DNA of 63,285 nucleotides, filler included, from Atractiella rhizophila (taxonomy: Eukaryota), in assembly GCA_021432655.1 (NCBI GenBank). It is 7 parts of 7 records of this genome, joined end to end, with 100 filler letters (N's around TTAATTAATTAA, not from the genome) between each part and the next. Parts side by side here need not be neighbours in the genome. Positions count along the whole stretch, not along the records: positions 11,030 to 21,921 come from MU272055.1; positions 22,022 to 32,913 come from MU272056.1; 5 more parts are not named here. One strand, given 5' to 3'. Position numbers and translations under genes: made by a program. Below, one piece after another: positions 12,064 through 24,668 of this stretch. A model generated the notes under the pieces. It made no database searches and had not been told where the DNA came from. It worked only from the letters and a program-made list of their open reading frames with translations. Position 1 is the first letter of the stretch; every line of letters begins with the position of its first letter.

Positions 12064-15000
12064 ATGCGCCGGGAATCCACAGCGACCATGCCACCTCAAG
12101 CGCGGTATCAGCGGCTACCCACTCAACCTCCCTCACGAGAAGCAGTCGTCTCGAAGGAGGTTTACGACGATGAACCGGAAGGCGACAGTATGACGAGCTC
12201 GAGGAGGTACAGGACGCTGCTCTCCATCCTCCTTGGTCTCGCTTTGCTCTTCACCTCTATCGGCTGGAGCGCAAACTCGTTCTTCCGATCGATCTCTTCT
12301 CCAGAGTCTCCTTCTCCGGTATGTGTCTTTGCAGTGTTCGCATTTGGCTTCTAATCATTGATGGATAACAGGAAGATGCAGTCCCAAAGTGCGAGCCATA
12401 CGTTCCCCTTCTCCCTTCCCAAACGCTAAACAACCCGTTCCTGCCACTATCTCCCTCCGAAGCATCCCAAATCCGCCAATACCTCCACAGTCTGTCCAGT
12501 CTCTCGCTCACTCCACCCTCTTCCATCCATCCACACGACGCCCCACCGAGTAGCGAGACAGACACCTTCATTACCCTCATCGAGCTCTACCCACCAGACA
12601 AGCAGAGCGTGTTGGAATATATCGAAGGAGCAGAGCAGCCGGAGAGGTGGGCGAGGGCGATCATCCAAGATGGGACTGCGAAGACGATACGGGACTACCT
12701 CATCGGTCCCCTCGCCACTATCCCCTCATCCACCAACGCTACCACCGAGTCCACCTCAAACAAATCCGCCGGCTTCCGTCTCGAACCGCTCACCTCGATA
12801 TACACCAACGCCACTCTCCCGTTCCACGCTCGCATGGCTGGATCCTTCGAAGGGTACCAAAGGTTCTTGACCCACTTGGGCCGGAGGCTCGAGAACGTCA
12901 CCCTCGAGCTGTACGGCGGACGAGCAACTGGAGAGCCGGGAGATACGCTCAGTGCTGGTGCTAACACACCGATCAGTTTCGATGGTAGCTGGAGGAGGTT
13001 GGCGTCTCCTCTCCCTCCCACTTTCCTTCCTATTGTCTTATTCGCCGCGTTATTCTGATGATAAAATTCAAATGGAACAGGACATGGATGCAGTTCAAGC
13101 GGAATGTTCCAGGCGGATTCCTTCACGTCCTCGACCTCTGGATGTATGTTGATCTGACGAGCACAAAGTGGGAAGAATGGACCATCCTCAAAGTTCGCTC
13201 CGTCCCTTCTTCCCCCATCCCATGGACTCGCTCATAACCTAAAATGGACAGGTGGTACACGACCACCGAGTATTCAATTCCCTCGATGCCTTCGAGGCCG
13301 CCTTCCACGCCGGCGAACTCAAACGCGCTCCCCTCCCCTTCGACCCTTCCGACGCATGGGCAACACGTCACAAGCGCGGTGCGCCGAGAGATCTCGAGGA
13401 GCTCCCTGGACCGAGGAGCGTGAGCTTCAATAAGCCCAGGTTCAGGGTCGATAGGGAGAAGGGAGAGGTGCAATGGCTAGGTTGGGAGTTTTGGCTGGGC
13501 TTTGAGAGGGACATGGTCAGCTTGATCACTTCGATTTTCTTCCTCTGTAGTTTGCAGGCTTATCGCATGGCTGCATGGATGGATTTAGGGTCTGAACTTT
13601 TGGAATATTCGGTTCTTGGGTGAGAGAATCATCTACGAGATGAGTGCGCAGGAAGGTCTGTCTTTTATCCTTCTGGTAGTAGGAAACAGGAACCTGAGAG
13701 AGAGGCGTGCCACAGCAATGGCACAATACTGTCCGTTGCTCCTCCGCGCCTAAATCGAGAAGGGTGACCTAGGATGGGAACAGCTGGAAACGATCCTCAC
13801 CAAGCGTCAACGGTCTTCCTTGACCGCGCCTTCGGGATGGGCACCTGCGTTATGTACGCCCTCCCTCCCTCCCGTCACGTCAGAACTGAGGAAGCGAACA
13901 CTACAGGGAACTCATGATCGGCTACGACTGTCCTCACCACTCTGTACTCCTACCAGCCGTGTACCATGATGGAGGGGGAACGTTGGTGAAGGAGAACGCG
14001 ATATGTATCTTCGAGATGGAGGATAATAAACCACTCACTAGGCATACGGCTTGGAACAGGGATGAGATGGGTGCTTCCAGGGGATATTCTTTGACTGTGA
14101 GGACCATCAGTACCGTCGGTGAGTTTCTGTCTAGCTTCGAGCTGTTGATGAGATTCTGATTAAGATTAGGCAATGTGAGCGTTGTTCCCCCTCGCCCGAA
14201 ATGGAAGGCGCTGACCAAAATGCGACCATACTGTAGTACGACTATCTCTTCGACTACGTCTTTCGGTTCGTCCCTTGACCAATTTTAAGTGATCATATTG
14301 AGGTCCTTCGTGCAGGTTGGACGGGAGCATCGAAATCCACTTATCCGCCTCTGGATACCTCCAAGGAGGCTACTGGGAGAGCGGACAGTTTGACTATGGA
14401 ACACAAATCATGGCCACATCCAGTTAGTTACCCCTCTTCGAGCTTGGAACATGAAGCTAATGAAATACAAGTGGGAAGCCTGCATGACCACGTTGTCAAC
14501 TATAGTACGCCTGTAACTCATCGAGTTGACGAACATTGAGACGAGAAACAGAAATCGACTTCGACATCGCCGGCAGGGAGAACTCCATGCAAGCCGTTTA
14601 TGTTCGTCCCTCATTGCAATATTACAAGAGACAACAGCTCACTCTGTTCGGTGCAGGTGGAGATGGAAGAGAAACCAGAGCCTTGGTTCATGGACGAAGA
14701 TTGGGGATCGACTGTCGTTCAACCCAAGATCCAGAGACGATGGATCGACAATGAAGATGATTCACGAGTCAACTGGCCAGATAATTTCGGTGTGCATTTG
14801 CTTTCTTTCTTCCTCGATCGCATCGCTAACGGGATGAACGTTGCTGGAAGGTGGAGCGTTCTTGATTGCGAATAAGAATCAGACGAATCGATGGGGCAAT
14901 CCCAGAGCTTATGCCATTCATCCGCAGACAAGCACCATTCATATGGTCCGTTTCGGGCTCTCTATTCTTGCCATGAAATTGTGTTGATGATATTGCAGAC

Positions 15001-15555
15001 TAATCTCAAATCGAAGCGGACGCTGAAAAACGTCAATTGGGCGAAGCAGCACGTGGCGGTGACAAAGGTACTTATCTACAATACCAGGAATCAACAGTCA
15101 ATGATGTGTCAATTGCCCAGTATCACGATAACGAGCGCTGGAGTTCATCCCAGTGGAACATTAATCTGCCTGGTGCTCCTCCAGTAGACTTTTACGAATG
15201 GTTCAACTCCGAATCTCTCGATCAAGAAGACCTCGTCGCCTGGGTCTCATTGGGCATGCACCACATCCCACGCGCTGAAGACTCACCTATGACACTCACG
15301 AATCTGGCGCACTCTTCTCTGCTGCTAACACCATTCAATTACTTCGACTATGACATCTCAATGGATCTACAAAACTCAGTCATCTTGAATATGGACGAAA
15401 AAGGCGAGTGGCAGATAGATCAAAATGGCGTGCTAGAGGGATATTGCACACCTGTTAAGGTGGAAGGGATGAAGTACACAGGAATAAAGCTCTATGATGC
15501 ATCTGGAAACCTAAAAGCAGCTAAAAATGCACGCAGAAGACGCGGTGAGCTCTAG
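12064..15555 (+). CDS. Copper amine oxidase (TPQ type) with N-terminal membrane anchor; many exons
   Basis: Spliced TISTVG-N-YDY cofactor motif, HDH and HHIP copper ligands, GYDCP, AICIFE, LLLTPFNYF; hydrophobic segment LLSILLGLALLFTSIGW. Confidence 0.95.
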
Positions 15556-15904
15556 CTTGGGAGTGTGAAAAGGTTTAACTGATAGGCGAATCTAGTTGAA
15601 ACTGCACATGAGATTTGGGCGGAGCTCTGATACACAACATCTGAAGCATAAAGTGTCAGTTTCACTCTCCTCTGCCCAGTTGCCAGAATAATTATAAAAT
15701 TCCGGTCACTATGTCAATACTGTTATTCAGACAATGGTTCGATAGCCTTTCTCAGTCGAGGATTTTGCTCTGTAGCAATGGAAAACCTTGGCTGGATTAT
15801 TCGTTAGCATTCCTACAAAGGTGCCAACGAAAAACGCTTCTTTCGTAATCTTACATGTCCCAATTGCATTACAAAATCTTTACAGTCGTCTCCCATAGAA
15901 ACAC

Positions 15905-18188
15905 TCAAAGGGTATATCTCCAACCCTGAGTGCCAATCAGCTTCAAATCGCGAAATGAAGGGGCGAGCGATCATACCTTTCTGGCAGCTTCTTGGTCTGC
16001 AAGAGAAATGCCTTTCAATTCCGCTGCCTTCTCCACAGCTCCTCGATCAACCTCAACAAGAGCAACGCCTCTGCGAACCTATAGTTAGTAAAGCGTGTCG
16101 GTGGATGAATGACTGACTTGTCAAGTCGCTTGTTCAGGGATCCGAGATAGAAACGCAATCCACTGGCAACCAGACTGTTTGTAGCAGAAATAAGCAAGCG
16201 GAAGGCAGGGCGTAACCGAAACTCACATAGCAAGCCCATAGGCTGTGATACTGATGGCCCAAGAATGCAGGTAAGAAGGTCCCCCTGAGGCGGTCGTGAA
16301 TTTGAGCAAACATCTTAAGGAAACTGCTCACAACTCGTTTTGAAGATGTATGGGCCAATAATGTTGCCAATGTTTGCGCACGCACTGTTATCCGCTTAGA
16401 ATCACGTTGATCAAGAGTCTGAGCCACTCACTTGACATATGCTATCGCAACTGCTCGCTTTGCAGGAGGACGAGGGAGAGTTGAAGAGACCCATGCAAAA
16501 CCAACTGGATTCCAATTAAAAACGCCACATGAAGGTGTAGGAAGACTCACCAACGTATGCACCATAACTCTGTGTCATAAAAAAGAGACTGAGGTACCGG
16601 GGAGCAACTGAGTGAGTGCTTGCTGCCAGAATAAACCCTATTATTGTGCAACAAGTAGAAAGGATGATGTGGAAGGTCCTTTCCTTCCGTTTGTCGGCAG
16701 AACGAGCGAGAAAGAAGACGCCAATACAGCTGGTGACCCAAGGTGGTACACCTATTCAGAAAAGGCCATTACGCACCTTCTCAACAAGGATGGAGGAAGG
16801 CTCACACAGTCCCAAGGTTCTCAACCGAGCGTAACCAAAGGTTTGGGCTATGGTTGGCACAAAGGCATTGTATGACGAACCGAGGACGTTGAGGAACTGG
16901 TGAAATGCAAGGATATGGGTCTTCGGGTCTGATATCGCAGCTTTGAAGGCTTCCCAGTTTGTAAGATGAGTGTCATCGTCGGCTTCACCAGCGTCATCAA
17001 CCAAACGCCGTTGGGCCAAGAAACGTTCGTTTGGTGTCAGCCAACGAGTGTTGTCTGTTAGCAAATGAGTGCCCTAGCATGACTATGGAACTTTCGCACT
17101 TGGAAAATCAGGAAGGATAAACACAGCAAGGACGGCGACCGTGATAGTAATCGCCCCTTCGATAAAAAAGAGCCACCTAAATGCCAGTGAGATGTCTGCT
17201 TTCCAGTGCAGAGATGGAACTCACTCCCAGGCTGCATGGCCGAGATCTCCTTGCATATTGTCCAGTACTCCAGCAGCGATGAGCGGGTTCACAGCGTTAG
17301 ATGATAGGTTTCCCACGTACAGCAATGCTGTACGCTTTGCTATCTCTTCCTTCGTATACCAGCGAGATATGAGAAATATTGCTAAATCCATTTCGTCAAC
17401 AACGCCTAATTTCCCACACAAAGGTGAACCCACCACCGGGAAAGAATCCAGCCTCAATTACACCTCAAACTTCTCTCAGCATCATGCAGAGTAGAATCTC
17501 GTTTGAGAACATACCGATGAAGAAGCGACAAAGGACGATGTCTGTGAAATTCTTGGTGATACCGATAAAGCAGGATACCATTCCCCACAATGCCATGATG
17601 ACGGGTAAGTAGATCGAAGGGCGTCCGAAATGGTTAAGGTAGATGTTAGAGGGAATCTGCAGTCACGTTATTAGAAATGGAAGTGCTGGAGAGGACCAAT
17701 CATCACCTGAAATCCAATATATCCGACATAGAGAATTGACAGCGTTGTCTGAATTCGAGGGGCTCAGAGAATACTCAAAGAGGGGTGACTAACAAACCTG
17801 ATACTGGTTACCGTGCAAGCCTAGGTCCGCCTCGAAACCACTAGGACTTACTTCAACGTCGTCACCAGCTGTGAGCAGGGAATACGGACCGTAGTCTCGC
17901 AACAGCAACGTTATTCCGATCCCTGTTAAACTGATTAGCTCCTAAAATTATGAGTGATATGTGGACGCACATGTAATTGAGCATATAAATCAGGATGAGG
18001 ATGCTCATATGAGCATCAATCTTCCTCAACAGTTTCTTCTGCATCCTCTCCCTCTCTTCTGGAGGGAGCTCATCAAACCATCTGTTCAACCTGGCCTCTT
18101 CGTGCTCAATCTCCTGTTCATGCTCCCGTCCATTCTCGTGTTTCTCGTCCAAAAAGTCAGCGCGATCCTTGATGTCCTTCTCAGCCAT
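15905..18188 (-). CDS. MFS transporter, anion:cation symporter (Dal5/Tna1-like) family
   Basis: KLLRKID, DRNNVAVARL, SRWYTKEEIAKR, AWEWLFFIEG, WLTPNER, terminal GWRYTL. Confidence 0.92.
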
Positions 18189-18416
18189 GATTCCTCGAGC
18201 GCCAGCCGCAGATACCTTACTTGCAGGCTCGCAAATCAATGTCGCTATCCTTCCTCGCAATTTAAAGCTCACGCCCCGCATCCACCCCGCAGAGTGCTGA
18301 TGCACCGTAACGACCAGTGCTTTTAAATGGGCTCCATTGCTTGGGAGTGGAGGATCAATGGAAGATTTTGAAGTTTTAATGGTCGTGACCTCGGCGGGTA
18401 ATCTTTTCATAATTGT

Positions 18417-18822
18417 GGCTCGAAAAAACTCCGTCTGACGGAGAGCCTCCAGACAGCTGAGACGTTTCGAGACGGATGTCGAAGATTACTGCCTGACGAT
18501 GCGCATGTTATGTGGCCAGGGATATCATTAGTTGCCTCACGTTGGCAATGACAATGAGATCCGCTAGTGTCGTACTGTAATTTGGCAGCCTTTGGACAGC
18601 ATAGTGTCTAAAGAAGATGCATCCATAATTGCAAGAGGTATCTATTCTATTGCCATTCATTTCTCAGCCTCATTTACGCTCTACACCATTGAAAGAAGGA
18701 AAATTGTAGAACCACACCCACCTAGAACGATATCCACTTTGAACTGCCTCTACGCGCCCTGCCTGTCCGTCTCTCCATTGGCCGTGCTCGACTTCGACTG
18801 CTCCACGACATCCTTCTTTCCA
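18417..18822 (+). repeat. Duplicated block, copy A (MFS 3' end and flank)
   Basis: Colinear, diverged match to 21498-21921. Confidence 0.9.
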
Positions 18823-20654
18823 TGCGCTTTCGGGTGCAAGAATCCAGAATTCACGACCATGATCGCACAGAAGACGAAGAGGATGACCCAACCCTTTCCA
18901 GCAGCATCAGTAAGTTGTGCCAAATCAGGAAATAATAAGATAGAAAGAAAGGAAGGGCCAAGAAGGAACGCACAAGGTAGCCTGCAAAGATCTGATCCTC
19001 CACTCCTTTAGCGTACAAGCTGGCAAACAGAGCGGGGCACACTGCTCTCGTCGCGCTCATCAAGCTGAGTATGAAGCCATTGAGGGCTCCCATGAGCCTA
19101 GGATCTGGACAAACGTCGTTGATGGCGAGTTGTATAGCGGTATAAGCCATGGTAGCTGATGTTCCCAGGACGGTGGTAGGGAAGATTAAAGCCCAGAAGA
19201 GATCGTCGAGCCCATTCCGAAGCAAGGTATTCATGAAAGGTGGGATGACCATCGAGACTGTGAAGAGCCAAGAGCATATCACGAGGACGGATTTGGTGCC
19301 TCTGAGCTTTTGGAGCCATGGGAAGAAGAGGAGGAGCCAGAGAGCTTGACAGATTCCGATTAGGGATAACAGGAGCGAGATCTGGGCCGGAGAGAAGCCG
19401 TAGCCTCCAAGCTGTTCCCATTGAGACCATCATAAGCTGCTCTGAATTTTCGTCTGAGGGAAAGAGGGGAGGACGAACAGGCACGGAAGTGAACCAGAAG
19501 ACAGGGACGATGGCAGTGAATCCAAATGCCACGATGAGGATGTTGAATTGCAATCCGACGACGTGTACGACCTCAGGCGCCTTCAGAAGAGTCAATATGC
19601 CGGGTGGTTTCTCTTTCTTCTCTCCCTTATTGGGGGGCAAGGTCTACCATCCCAAGATTGAATGGAACGACAAAGCACGGAGGGAACAATGAACGGACCT
19701 CTTTGAGGAACAACAAACTCGTCAGTGTTGCCACATATCCCAGGCCACCGGCCACAAAACATGGAAGAGCGTACGGGTGGTCCCTAATGACAGATATGCG
19801 TTCGAAGATGCCTCCAAAGTTGGTGGCAGCGTCCGCTAGTGACCCTCCAATGAGAGGGCCGAGAGTAATACCAATGTTAGCTGTACGAGCACTACGTCAA
19901 CTTGCGAGCGTGGAAGATGAAGGAGAGATGTAGAATCGAGGAGAGAACTGACCAGCGAACGCCCAGATGGAGAAAGCGCGAGCTTGGGTCTTCTGTGTAC
20001 TGTTCTCGCTAACCATCGTCCTTACAGTGCTGTATAGTCACCTCAATTTCAGACCATTGCGGTGCATGAGGAGGAAGAGAGAGAGTACACTGCGGTTCCC
20101 GCAAAGATTCCGGCGAGACAACGGAAGATGATCATGCTCTTGAGATCGTTCGCCAATCCAAAGAAGAGCTGGGCGGTAGAGAGCCCTAGCATTGAGATGA
20201 CGAGCACGGGTTTGCGGCCAATGCGATCGGAGAGCAGACCCCAGGGTATCATGACGAACACTTGTGTGAGGGAGAAGAGTGATTCCTGCGAAATCGAACG
20301 AAATTGGCACAACGGAGCGAAGACGCAGAAGGAACGTACAATCAACCCAGCCCAAAATCCGACCTTGACCTCCTCAATCCCTCCCACCCTGACTATCATC
20401 TCGCTGATGAAAGGGAAGATGACAAAAAACATGACGCTCTCGATAAACCTGCACGCGGCGAGCAAACCGATCTGTACCTTTGGTAGGGGTTTGTCATCTT
20501 CTGTGGAGACGGATGAAGATGGGCCAATGCCATCAGCTCCTACGCTTTCGGCGGCTAGGGCAGAGGCGTCAGGTACGATCGGGTCCTGGGCGTCGACGGC
20601 GGTGGAAGAGGACGCTCGGGAGGAGGAGAGCAAAGGAGTGCGTTCCGTAGCCAT
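18750..20654 (-). CDS. MFS transporter (drug:H+ antiporter / ZIFL-like)
   Basis: MATERTPLL, PLPKVQI, WGLLSDRIGRKPV (motif A), FRCLAG, TQARAFS, GPLIGG, PYALP, MGALNG. Confidence 0.92.
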
Positions 20655-21497
20655 TTCGTCTTCTAAACACTTTTCCACTTCAACATAAATACTTCAACTA
20701 CAAAATCCACTGACCACTTAGACAATGACCACCACCACGAAGGGGAAAGAAATTGGGTTTTTCCTGTTCTTATTTATAGGAGCGCAGGAGGATGACTTGG
20801 AGTAAGCGCCAGAGGTGCGAGGTGCGTGAACTGTGACATTTCAAAATTCGGCTGCGATCGGTTCATCCGCCCAATTATCTAGTAGCAGCAAAGCTCGTCA
20901 ATCGGAGAGGAACTACATTAGTTGTTCCAGGTTGTCCAAACAAAATTAGCATCCTAATTTGCAATTCGATCGATTGGACAGATCAATCTCTCCGCTGCAT
21001 TTTCTCTGACAATAAACATGGTTAGGGTATCTCACAAGAGAAGCAGGAGACGTCCTGCATCAAGAGCGGTCGTAATTTGCGTTAATTCCCCTGACCGAAG
21101 GCAGAGGCTATCCCGCAGGTTGATGTTTGCATTTGCACTACGCTCTTTGGACATTCAGCTCATCCTAGTATATCTACTTCATGGAATCCTTATCCTTTAG
21201 CCACCTCGGTAGAATTCCGGATGGAGAAGAGCAACGATCCGCCTCTTCTAGCGGTGAAGGCTTTCGCCATGGTATTTATTAGAAGTCGAAGCATTCATTG
21301 CAGCTCAGCGGTACCCTTATCAATCTTTATCGCAGGAGTATTTTGGCACGAATAGCGCGACCTGTGGTCTTTGCCTTATCTTGGTGTGTGTTTGCTGTGG
21401 GAACTGTTAAAACACTCTCTTACCCTTTGGAGCACGTGAGAAAATAACTTGTCCTTCGTTCAAATGGCCTCATCGTGCTCTCTTTCGTGTTCATGTT

Positions 21498-21921
21498 GGC
21501 TCGAAAAAACTCCGTCAGACGGAGAGCCTCCAGACAGCTGAGACTTGTCGAGAAGGATGTCGAACGTTAGTGCCTGACGATGTGCACAGATTGTGTTATG
21601 TGGCCAGGGATATCATCAGTTACCTCACGTTGGCAATGACAATGAGATCCGCTAGTTTCGTACTGTAATTAGGCAGCCTTTGGACAGCATAGCGTCTAAA
21701 GAAGATGCATCCATAATTGCAAGAGGTATCGATTCTATTTCCATTCATGTCTCAGCCTCACGTCAACTCTACCCCATTGAAAGAAGGAAATTGTAGAACG
21801 AACGAACACCCACCTATAATGATATTCACTTTGAACTGCCTCTACGCGTCCTCCCTGTCCGTCTCTCCATTGGCCGTGGGCGTCTTCGATTGCTCCACAA
21901 CAACATCCTTCTTTCCATCCG
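21498..21921 (+). repeat. Duplicated block, copy B, containing the last codons of a paralogous MFS gene cut by the gap
   Basis: Minus strand encodes GKKDVVVEQSKTPTANGETDREDA* versus GKKDVVEQSKSSTANGETDRQGA* in copy A. Confidence 0.88.
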
Positions 21922-22021
21922 NNNNNNNNNNNNNNNNNNNNNNNNNNNNNNNNNNNNNNNNNNNNTTAATTAATTAANNNNNNNNNNNNNNNNNNNNNNN
22001 NNNNNNNNNNNNNNNNNNNNN
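21922..22021. other. Artificial contig linker
   Basis: N-TTAATTAATTAA-N. Confidence 0.98.
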
Positions 22022-22937
22022 GCTCGAGGAGAGATGTTCGTTTGGCAAACTCGTGATCCCTCCTCCTCTTCCGAGAGCGAATCGTTCAGCCTCTGGAGAA
22101 GTGGGAGAAAGCGAGGGCTCGTCGAATCCGCCGTCGGCGTCGTATCCTTCGTACGAATAAACCGACGGAGTTCTAATTCCCTCCTCTACCTTCTTCTTCC
22201 CTTTCTTCCCAGCCTTCTTCTCCTTCTCCTTCTCTTTCACTGCTGAAGCGTCTCGGCGCGTGGAGGGCAGAATATGAGGTTCTCTGCGCGTCTTTGACAA
22301 CTTCCGAGGTCTAGAATCACCAAAATTGTTATCGGATGGCACGATGACGTTTGGGTTGCTAGCGGAACGAGGATATAGGACAAAGTCGGATGGCGCGTCG
22401 GATGACTTTTTAGAATGTCTGATGGAGTGTTGAGAGGCCGGAGACTCGTCCTCTCCTCCAACTTGATGGTGATTTGGTTGTTTTCCTCCTTCTGGTGCCG
22501 AACGTTCAACTTCTACACGCAGCACGTACGAAAACTCAATCACTCCCCATCCATTCGCTGGACGCACAACACGTAAGAGTGGACGGAAAGGACATACCGC
22601 TAGATTGGCGTGCTGTGGGCACTCCTTGTGCCGAAAAATCGTCCCAATACCCTATCTCTCCCACTGCACTCGTGATCTTCAAACTACCGCTCTTGACCAA
22701 TCCCTCCCTTTCTGCAGTGACGTTGGAATGAGAGACGGAGGTATTTATTTGAGGCAGTATAGGATGGGAGAGCGAGCGAAGCCAGGAGTCGACGTACTCG
22801 CCTGGATGGCCGTTGGGGCTTGGACTTGGGTATGTTGGGTGCTGGAGAGGCTGCTGGAGGGAATGCTCGGAATGCTGAGGATTATGCTGGTAAGAAGGGA
22901 CGGGCTTGCGAGTGGAGAGTATATTGGGACTAGACAT
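22022..22937 (-). CDS. Hypothetical protein, 5' part (truncated by gap)
   Basis: Two open frames joined by a GTATGT..CAG intron near 22558-22597; low-complexity S/P/K-rich sequence. Confidence 0.6.
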
Positions 22938-24668
22938 CAAACATCTCTCCAGGCAGCTGAATGATGAGTCTCTTCGCTGAATTTAATCCTTTGTGGGCAA
23001 GATGAACAATGCTGCGCACTCAAGAACGCTAACCTTGTCTTTCTTCCACCAGCCTTCCCAAGCAACGACAAAGAACTCAGGTCAATGCGCTGGCAAAGTC
23101 TTAGTAGTGAGGCTGTCGAAGCGGATGGTGGGCTAGTACTGTTGCGAAGACGGTGCGCTTCGATTTGTCTCTAACCCCTATTCGGTAGTCTCAGCGAGAT
23201 GAGAATGTTGTTGGTTGAGAACGAGTCTGCACTTTTACATCCAACCGTATCGGGCTCTGGAACGAAAGGGAGAAAGTGCGCGAACAGAAATTACGTTTCT
23301 CCAGTTCCAGTTGTTACTAGAACTGCATCGCCCAGCCTCAACGACCTCTGGTCTGAATCACTGCAGATGTCGCTGTCTGCTGCTGCAAATCGTTACAAAG
23401 AAGACAAGTCAGCGGCCTGGAGTTGTGTATAGGCTAGGCTGGCTTATTCCACAACCTTTGACTCCTCAATCTACCTTTGCAAGCGATCTTGCGTGTTAGT
23501 AAAAGGTGAAATAATAACCATCATCAATATATATCTCGTATAAAGCGATATCCACTCATCTCCCCGGCGGGGCATTCGCCTTCTTTCTACTTTTTCACAC
23601 GTGGTTCAGCCTTTCCCATTACAGTAATCGCACTACTATGCTTGAATTGTAGCCTGGTGTTCAAACAATAAATCTCGCACCCCTCAGAGAAATACGAAAC
23701 GTCTAGTCTGGGATGAACAATGCAAAAAGGACTGACACGTCGCTCTCCCAACTCTCAGGAAGAGCAGCTGAGGGACACAACCCCTTCTCTGCTTTCGTTT
23801 TGTACTAACTGCTGTGCTAACCAACATGCACTCACACGGCATAACATCCTTCCTTACGGCACTCCGTCACTGTTGGGATTTGCTTTTCTCTTCCTTTTTT
23901 GACTTTGAGATTCAACGTCTGAGTACAGAAGGAAAAAAAACCGGGTGCTCTGCATTTTCTAAATTTCGAGACAATCGTAGTGGGTACGATAGTAATAAGG
24001 ACTGTGTCGTCCGTTCAACAAAAAAATTCAGAAATGGGAGAAAACATGGATTTTGATTGTTTTGTCTCCCTTTCGCGCGAGAATGATATAACCAGCTTTC
24101 ATGCTGGACTGAGATGAAGCCGGTCCTTGTGTTTCGTCGAATTAATCTTCTTTTGTTAGTTGCCCAAGCGAAGATGTACCTCTATGCATTTTTCGGAGGC
24201 TAGCCGTCCGCAAAAGGCCCACCCGTTATTCATCATATGTGACATGAAACTCACCTATTTGTCAAGCTGTCGATATCCGAGTTGTAGTCTGCGAGCAAAT
24301 CGTGAGTCATGGCTGAACAAAGACACGTTCGCTTAGCTCCTTCCCTGGATCAATGTTAACGCATACTGCGTATTCACATCCATCCTTAGAGCCATATGTG
24401 TTACGCACGAGCTTTTCGCTGTTACTTTATTCTTCATGCACAAGTCACCCTTGCGGTCACTTCTCCGACCGTAACGCAAACAACACAAACTTTCTTTGTT
24501 CTACCACCACCGTCGAAACCTATAAAAGGCTTCGATTACTTCGCATTCCCCCCCAAGACTGGTTCTTGATTGCTTTTGATACCCAAACGCCAAATTTACC
24601 TATTTTTGACGACTTCATACCGTATTTTTGAGGTTATCCCTTGTTCTACTTCGACTTCCATCGTTATC

